From the NCBI RefSeq assembly GCF_018977255.1, contig NW_024704742.1:110734001-110798000 (forward strand): a stretch of DNA of 64,000 nucleotides, in the 5' to 3' direction. Shown in pieces: positions 23,829-36,100 of the stretch. The notes under the pieces were generated by a model, which saw nothing but the letters and a program-made list of their open reading frames with translations, did no database searches and was not told the DNA's origin. This DNA is from Callorhinchus milii (Eukaryota). Position numbers and translations under genes: made by a program. Positions within the stretch are counted from its first letter, which is position 1. Each line of letters starts with the position of its first letter.

Positions 23829-24210
23829 GTGGGAGTCCTGTAGCATACTGTTTAGAGCATTCGTCTTACAAGCGAGTGGACCCAGGTCGATGCCTGGGCA
23901 GAGCGAAACCTCAGGCAAGTTTCCCTACTCCACACAACTCTGTTTTCCTAGCAGTAAATAGGAACTCAGTTGTTAATTAATTGGTGGATTGCTTTTCTGT
24001 GGGTAATAATCCATTCAAAACCTTAAAAAAAGATTTTAAAACAGTGGTCACTCAATCCACGATTGTTTGTGGGACACTGCTGTGTGCAATTGGCTGCCAC
24101 ATTTTGCCCACAAATTATAGTCAATTCACTTTACAATATATTCTGTGAAGTGCTTTGAGAAGTCTCGAAGATGTGGTAAGGCGCTATATCAAATGCAAGG
24201 ATTATTATTA
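23829..24210 (+). mobile_element. SINE family A, long variant, full length and moderately decayed
   Basis: tRNA-like head GGAGTCCTGTAGC..., extra block CTCTGTTTTCCTAGCAGTAAATAGGAAC, Deu-like core and (ATT)n tail. Confidence 0.9.
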
Positions 24211-24439
24211 ACTTTTGTAAAAACAACTTATTATGCAATATATGATCTTCCACAAGAAGTTAGTGTGTAAAAAATGACCAGCAGACTAGCTTGACAGTAT
24301 AATGTGTTTCAGCAATGAAAGGGTCTACCAGATGCTGATTTTTTTGACACACACTATTACCATGCTCAAGCACCTCGAAACCAAACTACTGAAAGTTAAA
24401 ACACACGTATGATTTTGTTTCTCTGTATGGACTGTGCAC

Positions 24440-24508
24440 AGAACATAGGAACAGGAATAGGCCATTCAGCCCCTTGAGCCTGTCTCACCATTTTATAAGA
24501 TCATGGCT
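24440..24508 (-). mobile_element. CR1/HER1-type 3' tail
   Basis: AGGAATAGGCCATTCAGCCCCTTGAGCCTG is the reverse complement of 21145-21175. Confidence 0.85.
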
Positions 24509-25031
24509 TACCCAGAGAATTTAGGTGCATGTTAACAAGAGCCAAGACTTGGGGACAACAGAGTATGGAATGTGGTGCTGTTGGAGTTTAAAATCATGCA
24601 GCTTACCATTGCAGTTTGTAATCTTGTAAGCTTTCTGTTGCTTTTCCAGCTACGACTACTCACTATTTGGTTTGCAAGATAATCAGGAGCCAATGAAAAT
24701 AATCCATTGGTCTATCCTCTATGTACTGCCAATGAGCTAGACTGGCTGGTCCATTGTCAACCAGCACGGCAGTGAACGTGCCTGGCTCACAAATCAAAGC
24801 TCTGAGAATCAATTTCAATCTTTCATTGCTATGCATGTCAACTTGAACTCAGCATCAAAGAGATCCTGTTTGCCCTTCTCCTTCCCCCAGAGTAGTCACT
24901 AGTTGGCTATAGAGAAAAGTAAACTTCCTGTTGAATTCAGTGTATGCAGTCCAAAGTCACATAAACCATTGGACTCAAATGTGAATCTCTAGAGCATTTC
25001 AAAAGTGACTGGTACCGAGTTCGACCCCAAT

Positions 25032-25215
25032 ATAATAATAATAATCCTTGCATTTGATATAGTGCTTTTCACGTCTTCTAGACGTCTCAAATCGCTTCCA
25101 GAATATACTGTAAAGTGAATTAACTGTGTATTTGTGGGCGAAACGCGGCAGCCATTTGCACGCAACAGTGTCCCACAAACAATCGTGATTGAAGTGACCA
25201 AGTTATTATTGCTTT
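25032..25215 (-). mobile_element. SINE family A, 3' half
   Basis: (TAA)n-TCCTTGCATTTGATATAG tail plus GTCCCACAAAC core. Confidence 0.9.
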
Positions 25216-25312
25216 TAATAATAATCCTTGCATTTGATAAAGACTTTTATCATGTCAATGAAGCATCTCAAAGTGCTTATATGATTTACTGCAAATTGTA
25301 TTGATTATTTTA

Positions 25313-25510
25313 ACCTGAAAGCTTGGTGGAAGTCGATTCGATAACTTTTAAGAGAGAAGTAGATAATTATTTGGGGATGACAAGTTTGCAGGGCTATGGG
25401 GAGAGCGTGGGGGAGTGGAATTGAATTTGATAGCTCTTTTCAAAGAGTCGGCACAGACACGATAGACTGAATGGACTCCTTCTGTGCTGTATAATTTTAT
25501 GATTCTATGA
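25313..25510 (+). mobile_element. CR1 3' fragment nested in a family B SINE
   Basis: TTTAAGAGAGAAGTAGAT...GGGCTATGGG...GAATGGACTCCTTCTGTGCTGT...GATTCTATGA. Confidence 0.85.
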
Positions 25511-25905
25511 TTTTGTGGGTGGATGTGACAGACAATTTGTGCACATTAATGACCCACAAACATAAAGTGAATGATCAATTTTTATCTGGAGGATTGTTGG
25601 CCTGGATACTAGAAAAATATCCCTTTTCTTTTCAAGTAATGTCATGGAGTCTTTAACAAATAATAATCCTTGCGTTTGATATAGCGCCTTACCACATCTT
25701 CAAGAAATTTCAAAGCGCTTCACAGCTTATAACATCCATTTCAAAGGCAAACGGGCCTTAGTTTAACATCTCATTTGAAGAACAGCACAACCGACAATGC
25801 AACGTTTCACTAGCACTGTATTGGAGGTGCCATGGAATCTTTAGCATCCACCTGAATAGGCAACTAGTGCCCCAGTATAAGTTCTCAACCAAAGGACACC
25901 ATCTT

Positions 25906-26195
25906 TTGTGGGGCGAAACCTTAGGCAAGTTTCCTTACTCCACACGCCTCTATTTACTTAGCAGTCAGTAGGAACCCAGTTGTTGGGTGATTAGCAGATC
26001 GCTTTCAGGGGTAATAATCCCTCAATCCACAAATGTTTTTGGGACACTGCTGTGTGCAATTGGCTACCGTTTTTTCGGCTACAAAATACACAGTTAATCT
26101 ACTTTACAATATATGCTGTGAAGCATTTTGAAACATCTTAATGACGTGATAAGGTGTTATATCAAATGCAAATTCTGGATCTTGGGATTATTATT
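25906..26195 (+). mobile_element. SINE family A, long variant, 5'-truncated, nested in a family B SINE
   Basis: GGGCGAAACCTTAGGCAAGTTTCC...CTCTATTTACTTAGCAGTCAGTAGGAACC; TSD ATCTT at 25901-25905 and 26196-26200. Confidence 0.9.
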
Positions 26196-29175
26196 ATCTT
26201 CAAAAATGCAAGCATTCCCCCAGCACTGCATTTGAAGGTCAGCATATCGGTTCTAAGATTCAATTTAGGGCTTGAACCCACATCCTTCTGACTCAACCTT
26301 CTGACTCACACACAAGAGTGCTACCAACTGAGCCCAGCTAACACACTAGCAATTGAGCCAGGCTGACATAGCCAATGTTTGTATACCAGGCAGATGTGCT
26401 AAAGGATCATTCAATATTCAGAGCATTTCCACAGAATAGCATCTACAATTCTTCACAAACTTTCTATCTGTGGAACTGCCATCATCATTACCTGAAATTT
26501 AGTATCTTGTATGATGGTCTTAAATTGATAACACTTTTGTTGCAGTTTTGTTGCAGCATGAATCTGTGCCCTATTGGTTCTCCGGGTGAATTTGAGAGAG
26601 TGTTACCGATTTAATCTGCCTCAACTGGCTTTGATACACCCCACCGCAAAGCTAATCTTTCACCGATAGAAAGAGAGAGGTGAGATAGAAAGAAAGAGAG
26701 CGTGGGGTTGGTGGGAATCAACACAAGGAAAGAAAGGATGATTTAAAATGAAGAAATTAAGATTGTAGATAAATAAAATAAGTGGAGAAACAGGAGAAAG
26801 GGAAGGCAAGATTGTAAAGAGAATGATTGTAGCAGGGAAAGAACTTACTGATCAAAGAAAATATGCAATCAAAATATTTTATAACACCAATTATTTAATC
26901 CACCAATTTGATCCCAGGTATCAAAATTATCCAATGAATAATACACTTTTAACTGTGTTAAACAATTCATTTTAAAGCTTTTTCTTTTCTTAAACGGAAA
27001 AGTATATACAATTTTTGAAATAACCCTCAAGAATCTTGAAGTGCAAACCAAAGATGTTGAATATTCTCACATTCCCCTATCCAGCTTGTTAATTTCAAGC
27101 AATATAGGAAAGCACTCATCTATTTCTTGCATGTTTACAAGGTTGCAATTTCTGTATCAGATTTGATGACTTATACTCTACATCCATATCCTTTAAACAG
27201 TACTACAATATATTTACCCTCACCTCATCACTGTGCAACTAGGGCTTCTAACTCAGCTGATAAGACGTGATTAAAATGTCAGTCATATGATAAGATATAA
27301 TATTTTAGAGCTGACTGCTCACAATGATACAACACAAAATCATTCACAGTAAAGGCATATTGACTGACCTACATGTCAACATTTGACCCCTTTACAAAAG
27401 AGTTAAAACTGTGCAACAATTAACGCAATTAAAAAATATTTGAGTATATTATAATTTTATCATTGTTTTAATTCATTACTTGTAAAATTGAACAGCTAAA
27501 AAACACAAACATTGTCATTATCTATATAAAACTGCATCTGATTATATGTATATACCAAGCTAACTGACCTTGTATTTAAATTCATTGTTCCCTCATTATA
27601 ACCGAGCTATGCACTCTTAGGTCTGAGTTGTTTAGGAATGTCATAGTCTAAAATGCCTTTTAATTCAGAGAAGCATGCACTGACCTTCTACCATAACCCT
27701 GTGTGAAACATGGTATAGTTTTGACGTTAATAATGATGCTACCTATTTTTCATACTAGCAAGCACTACTTAAAAATTCGCATTATTAGTGACTGAGCATA
27801 GGACCATTTATCAAACAAAATTACCCTTCTGTGTGTAACTGCTTAATTCAAGCCTCTTTATCCTTCCCTAAACTCCTACCTTCAAGAAATGTGGAAAGGG
27901 GACTGAATTTTTTAAAATATAGAATAAACTAATTACAGTTTTAAGCTTTACCTGCAAAAGCAAGAGATTTATTTTACATGACTACAAAAACTTCATTGTA
28001 AAATTTCCTAACTGAAATTTTATCTAGGGTTTTGCTGAATACTGAAAATTACCAACAATTTTGCCGATTAATATCACATTTACCACAAAGTCTTAGTTGC
28101 TGAAGTGACCTAAATTAGATAACTTCAAAGTTCTGGATCTTGTGCTGTTGGGATAACTGAGAGTATCGAATTTTGTAATTGACTGGAAAACAAATGATAG
28201 GGGTTTGTTGATTATATTCCTTTGTGGAGATCTTGCAAGAAATCATTCATTTGCACTGAGTAAAACAAATGTATATCACCAATAATTAGCTGTCAACAAT
28301 TAAAACTGTATATCAAATTATAAACATCACCTGCACCACAGAGTGAATGTGTACATTTGCGTTTGTCTTTCCATACACAACATTTACTCTGTGAACAGAG
28401 ATGATGAAAATGCTGTCTGCTGATCATAACTCAAAAGCAAAATCTGTGATTTGTTAATTGATACTGGCGATATTTATCACCTCATTGAACATTGTGGTTA
28501 GTTAAATAAAAACATTAACTGTGTTCCCCTTTCCCCCTGCTAATGATGTAGCAATAGTTTGGCCTGAATCCAACCAATAACATTTTTTGGACTAGCCAGC
28601 ATGTGGACTATGGCATTTGAGTGTTGGTTTTCTAATCCATAGGCCAACTGTGAGCCCAATCATTGTGACTGAGACGTGGCAAGGATGGGGGTTAGGAGGA
28701 GGAAGGCTAATACGAAAGATTAAATTAATGAAATGGTTGATGCCCATATTTATCAACAGAGCAGAATTTACAATAATGTGACAAACCCTGGTGTTAATTA
28801 ATATACGAGTGCCATTTTCACACCACGGTTTGCCTGAAAATATCTATAATAATAATAATTTTCCAAAAGCACTTGGTAACGAGCAAAGTATTCTCCTGCT
28901 GGGGTGACAGTTTTTTTTAAGATTTTAGCTGGCAGGGTTGAAGATGTGTTGAGAACCTGTTTATACCTGCAGTTCTCTATGTTATCTCTGAGCCAATGCA
29001 GTTCCAAGGAGCTGTGGGTTTCCCTGACCTATGGTGCCATTTTTTTAAAAAAAACTTTGCATGTATGACGGGCTGAGCAGATCCTGACCAACAATCCCCC
29101 AAATAAAATTTGGTCATTCACTTCATGGCTAATTAGCTGTCAACAATTAAAACTGTATATCAAATTATAAACATT

Positions 29176-29980
29176 CACTCAGTCACTACATCACTTACCT
29201 AGCCACTCCCTTCTCTCAACCAACACCTTCCTGCTTCATGTGCCCACCCTATCCACTGCACCATTGGCAGGTGATCGTTCAGCCATTCTGCAACTGCTGT
29301 CTGGAACTCCATCTTGGAGGTCTTTTTTCAAGGTCTGTCTCAAAAATACCTCTTTGTTTTCAGTCCTCTTCCCCTTCCCCACTCCCCTCAACTCCCATTC
29401 CCAGTTTGGGTGCCTGGCCAGCATTGTCCAGTGCTTTGAGACATCCTCCAACAACAACAACAACTTTGATTTATGTAGCGCCCTCCACGCCGGATGGCGT
29501 CTCAGAGTGCTTTACAGTTTAGGATCCCGGGGCCGAGCCAGGGGGAGGGGTGGGAAGGTGACCAAAGGCGCGGTCGAAAAGAAAGGTCTTCAGCAGAGAC
29601 CTGAAAATGGGAAGGGAGGGAGCGAGATGAAGGGAGTGAGGAAGGCAGTTCCAGAGCCTCGGGGCGTAGTGGCTGAAGGCACGACCACCAAGGGTGGAGC
29701 GGAGGACTCGTGGGACAAGGAGGAGGCCAGACCTAAGGAACGAAGGTAACGAGTACTGTGCTGAGGAGAGTGGAGGTCAGAAAGGTAGGGGGGTGCAGAG
29801 GAGTGACTTGAATACGAGGGTGAGGATCTTGAAATCGATCCTCTCTGGGATAGGCAGCCAGTGCAGTCTGGCAAGGACTGGGGTGATCGGGGAGTGGAGT
29901 TTCATGCGGGTGAGAATGTGGGCGGCAGAGTTCTGAATGAGTCCTGACATGAAAGGCACTAAATAAGTGTAAATTGTATC
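29176..29980 (+). mobile_element. Old L2 3' fragment interrupted within its tail by a younger L2
   Basis: CACCATTGGCAGG...TTCAGCCATTCTG...CTGGAACTCC; the tail GAGACATCCTCC resumes as TCCTGACATGAAAGGCACT at 29942. Confidence 0.75.
29450..29941 (-). mobile_element. L2 3' fragment
   Basis: Minus-strand LIQNSAAHILTR...ITPVLARLHWLPIPERIDFKILTLVFKSL; (AAC)n tail; same subfamily as 148-383. Confidence 0.95.
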
Positions 29981-30734
29981 TTATTTACACTAAAGTCCTG
30001 CGAAGCACTTTGAGACATTTCAACAACATAATAAAAATACATATCCCAATTATATCTATCCAATTATTTTACTTATTCTAAATCTTTGGTAGCTATTCTA
30101 GAGCTCTTTATGAACATCATATTTAATCTAGCTCAAAGAGAGAGCATCAGCAGTGGAGCAATACTTGGTAAATTGTTTTTTTCCCTATGTTTCGTTTTTA
30201 GTGATTCTTTCTGACAATTGTACTCAATTTGTCAGACTAGTTATGATTAAAACAACAAGTTGGTTAAAATCATAACCATAAAAAACATACTATTGTATAT
30301 TTTAAGGTTCACTAAATATAATCTAAAAAAATGGAATTAGGTATTTGTGAATCTACCATGTTGGAACAGGTAACTGACCTGAAATGCAAATCCAATGTGT
30401 AGGTTACTAAGGGAGTAAAAGGTTTCCTGAAAGGTCAGTGTTAATGTATTCACGTGGGCAATTATACTAATGTGAACGGTTCATAAGCTTAATTACTGGA
30501 ATGGAGGTGGTGCCAAAAAATGTCTATACAAATGAAAAAATAATTAGATCCCTATTTATTGGTCTAAACCAAGTGTGCAAACAACTGAAAATATTAAATC
30601 AGGTGAAGGACCTCAGAGAGTTGTATTTAGCTACAAATTAGCCAATAACTAATTTGTATGTGATTTGTTTTCAAAATGTCCAAATTATACAAGATTTAAG
30701 GAGAAATGGATTTACACGTTAAAATATTATGGGA

Positions 30735-31245
30735 ATGAGTTGGCTTTTGCGAGCAGAATAGCCAGGCTGACTCTTCGCCAGGACTTGGAAGGGCAGGCCA
30801 GTCACTGGGGGTACAGATTCTTCGCACTCAGCTCCTGTTAACCCTGCAAGCCAAAGTTCTAATGTACAGGGTGGTCCTAGCTGGGCAAGCAGTGGGAAAG
30901 TTTGCTAGACAATGATATCAATGGCAAGCTATGCAGTCTTAGCTGGTTAGACTCCAACAGTACCCCAATGCACAATCTGGGATCCACAAGCCTTGGCACT
31001 TGCCAACCTGTGTCTAATACTTGCCAGAATTAAGTAAGCAGGATGCAGATAGAGAGTGCACATTCCATTAAGCATTTCTTGAATTTCCATGTGTAGGTGG
31101 GATACATGGAATGCAGTTTGATATGGATACTCTTACGCACAGTGATGGGTTTCGGCATGTGTCGGATAACCGGCTGACAAAAAATCGGTGTGGTTAAAAA
31201 ATCTGTATATTCTGCTGCACTTGAAACAACAGACAATGCTCTGAC
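30735..31245 (+). repeat. Unclassified dispersed repeat, copy 2 (possible RTE-clade 5' region)
   Basis: Reverse-complement match to 2871-3337; followed by a degenerate endonuclease-like N-terminal motif near 31219-31243. Confidence 0.8.
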
Positions 31246-31256
31246 GGTCATTCATA

Positions 31257-31345
31257 ATATAAGATATAATAATCTTTGCATTTTATACATGGACTCATCT
31301 CGTTGTCAAGACTTCTCAAAGTCTTCACAAGATTTTACTGTGAAG
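31257..31345 (-). mobile_element. SINE 3' tail fragment
   Basis: ATAATAATCTTTGCATTT...TCTCAAAGTCTTCACAAGATTTTACTGTGAAGTG. Confidence 0.65.
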
Positions 31346-31361
31346 TGTAGCCTTGCATATT

Positions 31362-31725
31362 TGTACCTCCCTACCTTTCTGAACTGCTTGTACCCCGTTC
31401 CTCTGCTCACCCCCTTTATCATAAGCCTGCTGCGTGTCTCCTGACTCTTCTGCATCACCATCGGTGGTTGTGCCTTCTGCCACTTCACCCCATGTGTAAC
31501 AGTATCCACTCTTTCCCTGGAGAGAGCCTCTGGAATTCCCTGCCTCAATCCCTCTGCCTGACTCCTTCTTTATCTGTCTTTAAATCCCACTTGAAGACCT
31601 ACCTCTTGAACTGTGCCTATGGTCACCTCCCTTTCTCCTTGCTCGACATCAAACAACACCACTGTGCAGTGCTCTAAGACATCATTCCACATGAAGGGCA
31701 CTATATCAATGCAAATTATTATTGA
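31362..31725 (+). mobile_element. Decayed L2 3' fragment
   Basis: SLWNSLPQSLCLTPSLSVFKSHLKTYLLNCAYGHL plus the ATGAAGGGCACTATATCAATGCAA tail. Confidence 0.85.
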
Positions 31726-32619
31726 ATAAGTATAAATATAAAATGGGAAAACTCACAATAAGCTCAAAGATTCATATATTGATGGACCAAACACATTTTT
31801 CCATATAACAATCCAATACACATACCACGTGAACTCATGATATGGTCCTTGACATTATTCATCAAGGTGGGTGACGAGTTATCAACCAGTTCTTCCATCC
31901 TTCATTGCAAACTATTTTAAATTGTTACCTTCAATTGACACTCCTTCAGCAGCCTGATAACCCTTCTAGCTGCTCCATTGAGTACATGGAGCCGTTCTAT
32001 CTAGCTGAGTGGCCTGGAAGTATTTTCCTTGATTTGCCCTCTTTAACATGGTTATTATGATTCATTTCTTAGTGATATAATCAATCTAAAACCATGCAAG
32101 CTGGGTATCATAAATCAAGGCATTACTCTGAATTCAATATCCATAATTGTTTGGGATCAATAGTATTAAGTTATATCCATTAGGGATGAGGCAGGCCTCA
32201 ATGGCTGAGTATTCTTTGGGAAATAGGTCCACCTGTAGCTTAGACCATTTCACAAAACTAATGGTGAATGTTAAAAATTCTAAACATTATCTGAATGAGT
32301 ACTTGAGATATTAAGGCCAAAAACTGAACCTATCAGAGAATCATAGAATTAGCAGCAGCCTATTAATTCTATTCTGGTGCAAGCTCCTCCAATGGAGATA
32401 TCCACACTCATACTAATTCCCTGCTCTTTCTCTAAATCCTTCAATATTATTCCTCATCACCAGTGCAAAGTATCAGCAAAAGCTGATCAGATATAGTAAT
32501 TAGTATCTGGGTTCTGCCAAGAATGTTGTTGTGACTCGCATGACTAATGACATATGAGTACATGGCTAGAGATAGATCCCACTGACAGCAGAATTCCTAC
32601 CATGCGGGAGAACTGGAAC

Positions 32620-33200
32620 AAGAGCAACAATTTGCAATTTCATGTTGGCACAACATTTCAAAGCTCTAAGAAAGACTGAGCGAGAGCACAAGCTGCAAGG
32701 GAGCTTGAGGAAGGGTGAGAGGTGTCCAACATTGAGAACAAAGGGGTAGGTCTTCAGACAGAATTTGAAAGCAGAGAGGGAAAGGGTGAGACAGGGGGAT
32801 TTCAGCAGAGAGTTCCAGAGGGAGAGAACAAAATGGCTAAATGTTTTGTCATCAACGGTGGGTCAGAACTGATGGGGGATATCTAGCAGGCTGGAGTTAG
32901 CAAAAAGGAGGAAGAGTAAGGTCCAGGAGATCGCAGAGGTAATAATAATAATAATAATAATGATGATCAGGCAATGCAATTCCCCAGAGGCATTTAAAGT
33001 TGAGATGAAGATCTTAAAATTGTTCCACTGGGAGGTCGGGAGTCAGTGGAGTTGGATGAGGGTGATAGCTTGTTGAGCCGAGGGCAGGATAAAATGTTGG
33101 CTGTGGAGTCCCAGATAGTGTGGTCTTTGTGAAGGGTGGAGTTTTGAAGGATTAAAGGTTTGAAGGAGAGTTGAGGGTCAAACAAAATGGCAAAGCTCCA
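32620..33200 (-). mobile_element. Decayed L2 fragment containing an (AAT)n tract
   Basis: Minus-strand FDPQLSFKP; GAGAGTTCCAGAG (LWNS on the minus strand); purine-rich L2 signature. Confidence 0.75.
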
Positions 33201-33614
33201 CAGTAGCTCAGTGGAACTATGTTATGGACGACCTAATTACTAAACAATATAATTTTCTACTGAGAATTATTATCATGGGCTAAATTGTTCTCCCTGGTAG
33301 TTATCATGACTGACAATAAATATCAATTTAGTTCAGTTACTGTTGAGTAGAATGCCCAGGCCAAAACAACTGGGGAATTCAAACATCAATTTGAGGGTTG
33401 TATGTAAGAATCAAAACAAGAGTTTTGAGAACGAAGAGTATGAGAAGACTTTTCTGTAATTATTACAGAAGAGGGGTTCTGACATGATAGCTTAAACTAA
33501 AGCACTTGAAACATCCTTATGACATGAAAGGCACTATACAAATGTAAATTGTATTGTATATTTTTTTAAATTCGAGTTTGGAAGCCTGTTTTCCACATAC
33601 TGCTTCTGCCATTT

Positions 33615-33870
33615 GGAGCCCTGTAGCTCAGTGGTTACCCGGTTGTTATTCGATTGGCAGATCACTTTTCCTTTCAAAAATAAAAAACTAATAATTTGGT
33701 CTCTCAATCCACGACTGTTTGTGGGACACTGTTGTGCGCAATTGGCTGCCATGTTTTGCCCACAAAATATACAGTTAATCACATTACCATATATTCTGTG
33801 AAGCACTTTGAGACATTTCAAAGACATGATAAGACACTATATCAAATGTAAGGTGATTATTATTATTATA
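33615..33870 (+). mobile_element. SINE family A with internal deletion (only the A box of the head remains)
   Basis: GGAGCCCTGTAGCTCAGTGGTTA joined directly to the long-variant spacer, then core and tail. Confidence 0.85.
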
Positions 33871-34036
33871 ACAGTTGGTTCCATCAAGACAACAGCCTTC
33901 AATCTGGGCAGCTTGGCAATATTTAATGCAACAATAAGCCAAGCTAATTATGAAATGATATTGCTGAAGTTATGCAAACAAGAAATCTCTTCAAGAGAAG
34001 GTGGCAACCAGTTCCAGTAAAGGACCAATACATTAC

Positions 34037-34390
34037 AATAATAATAAATAATCCTTTCATTTAATGTAATGTCTCATCACATCAACATATCTCACAGAGT
34101 CTTTCTATAAATCATATTGTCTGTGTAGTTGTAGTTGAATACAGCAGCCAATCTGTGTTCATCAGTGTCCCACAAACAGCTATGAAGGAAATGACAAATT
34201 TTATTTACCGGAGTGGTCAGCATCTACCCTAATTTCTAAAAAAAAATCATAATTTCTTTAAGACTTATTAGACCTTGTAATGGTATCACAAATGTTTGGT
34301 CACTCTGTACAAGCACAAAGTGCCACTATGGATTTGAATCCACAGTCTATGACTTATCGCTGCAGTGTCACCAATTGAAGCAAACTGACA
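34037..34390 (-). mobile_element. Decayed SINE family B
   Basis: Tail, GTCCCACAAACAGC core and head GGATTTGAATCCACAGTCTATGACT. Confidence 0.6.
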
Positions 34391-34749
34391 ATTAACCCAT
34401 TCACACCAGGGAGCAATATTAGCTTCAGCAGCAGCCTGACTACTCAATAAAGGGTCAAACTTTTCTGGATGGGAGATGTTAACTCAGAGCTCAGAGTTAA
34501 AGGTAGAACTGTCCAATTTACACTGATTGTTTTCACAGTGATTTTGTTCTCATTACAAAAAGAATCCTGCAATGTTAATCAATTGCTGCTGAAGGCAATT
34601 ATTCATTTGTTTGTTGTTAATAAATAATTTGGTACACTGAAGTGAACAATATAGCTGAAATTTACAATAAACAGTATTTCATTACAATATCTACTCACCG
34701 TGCAGCATAGTCCATTAAAAGCAGTCAGAGGTCAGGATCTTTTGCAATA

Positions 34750-34935
34750 TAATGCAGAGTCCTTTGTAAGTTTCAAGAGGGAAGTGGATAGGAATTTGAA
34801 AATTAGAGGCTTGAAGGAGTGTGGGATGGGGTGGGGCCCTGGGATTGAAAGTACAGCTTGCTCTGAGAGCCAATGCAGACTTGATGGGCCGAATGGCCTC
34901 CTTCTGAACTATAAATGTCTATGGTCCTATGATTC
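34750..34935 (+). mobile_element. CR1 3' fragment
   Basis: SFKREVDR translation and GATGGGCCGAATGGCCTCCTTCTG tail. Confidence 0.85.
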
Positions 34936-35304
34936 TAAAATATTCTAAAACACTGGAACCAACATCCTTTTTTTCCATTAAGTAAATCATGGTCACTTTA
35001 AGACCATTCCATGGGCCATTTTAACGTGCTTTCACTTAGTTGAAAGAAAATTTGTCAAACAACTGAGAAAAAATAAAAAACACATATTTTTATGTTGTTT
35101 TGGAAATAAAAAATTACATTCCATTTATTAGAATGAATATTTGATGATATATAAAAGTAAAAGAAAGCTAGTTATGTAAAGTCTAGTGTCTATTCTTAGT
35201 CTTTGGATCACAAACCATAAGAATTGGACAGACTTGGCAAAAACTTAAATCATTGAACATACAGTAAAGGGAAAGCCAAAACAGTGAGTTTCAAAATAGC
35301 TCCT

Positions 35305-35692
35305 CCATCCTCCAGATAAAATGGATCATTCACTTGATGGCTGTTTGTGGGAAATTATTGCATGCAAATTAACTCCTGCTTTTGCCTACAAAAATCCAGT
35401 CACTACACTTTACTGTAAATCCTGTGAAACGCTTTGAGTCCTTTGGACAAGGTGATAAATTATTAAATCAAATGCAAACAATGTATTTATTATTATTATT
35501 AACAAAATTCAATGACTGCACAAGGTGTAAACCCTGCTCCCGTTGTGCTTGGATCATTGGCAAACATTCCCCAAATTCCCATTTTGCCCACAAAATCTAT
35601 AATCAATTCACTTTACAATATATTCTGTAAAGTGCTTTGAGATGTTTCAATGACATGATAAGGCGCTATATCAAATGCAAGGATAATTATTA
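35305..35692 (+). mobile_element. Two tandem SINE 3' fragments (about 35305-35500 and 35575-35692)
   Basis: Each has a GCC(T/C)ACAAAAT...CACTTTAC...GCTTTGAG...ATCAAATGCAA tail. Confidence 0.8.
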
Positions 35693-35809
35693 AATGTGTG
35701 TACTATGGTAAGGATCTTAAATTGAGTCTAAGCAATGAAATGCATTGCAATAAGTTATGATCTCTTTTACCAGAAATAAATTCTATATCTATGATATCAC
35801 ATTTAATTT

Positions 35810-36100
35810 GTCTTTGTCTTCCTTTCTCCTGCTTCCCTTCACTTTATTTTACCTTTGTGAAAATCTATATCCTTCATCATTTTCCTTCTCTTGTGCTTCA
35901 TTGTGCCATTCTCAATGGTTTCTTGCTTTACATCTCTCTGCCTTTCATCTTTCTTATTTCTCCCTGTCTTTCTTTCATTCCCTTGTGTCTCACTTATCCT
36001 TTTTTAATGTTTTGTTAATTTTATCTTTCATCTTTCTCTTGTGCATTTTTAGTTCATTAGTGTCTTCTTTTCATCTCTCCTTAGTCTTTCTGCTTCTCAA
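35810..36100. repeat. Pyrimidine-rich low-complexity tract
   Basis: Strong T/C bias on the + strand with no periodicity. Confidence 0.7.

Larger units (their letters stand above)
25217..26368 (-). mobile_element. SINE family B host element split by three nested insertions
   Basis: Tail at 25217-25310, core at 25510-25905 (partly duplicated) and head at 26196-26368 (GGGCTTGAACCCACATCCTTCTGACTCA...GAGTGCTACCAACTGAGCC). Confidence 0.8.

Noticed and set aside
29240..29749. 169-aa ORF
   Set aside because: A chance read-through across a sense L2 relic and an antisense L2 relic.
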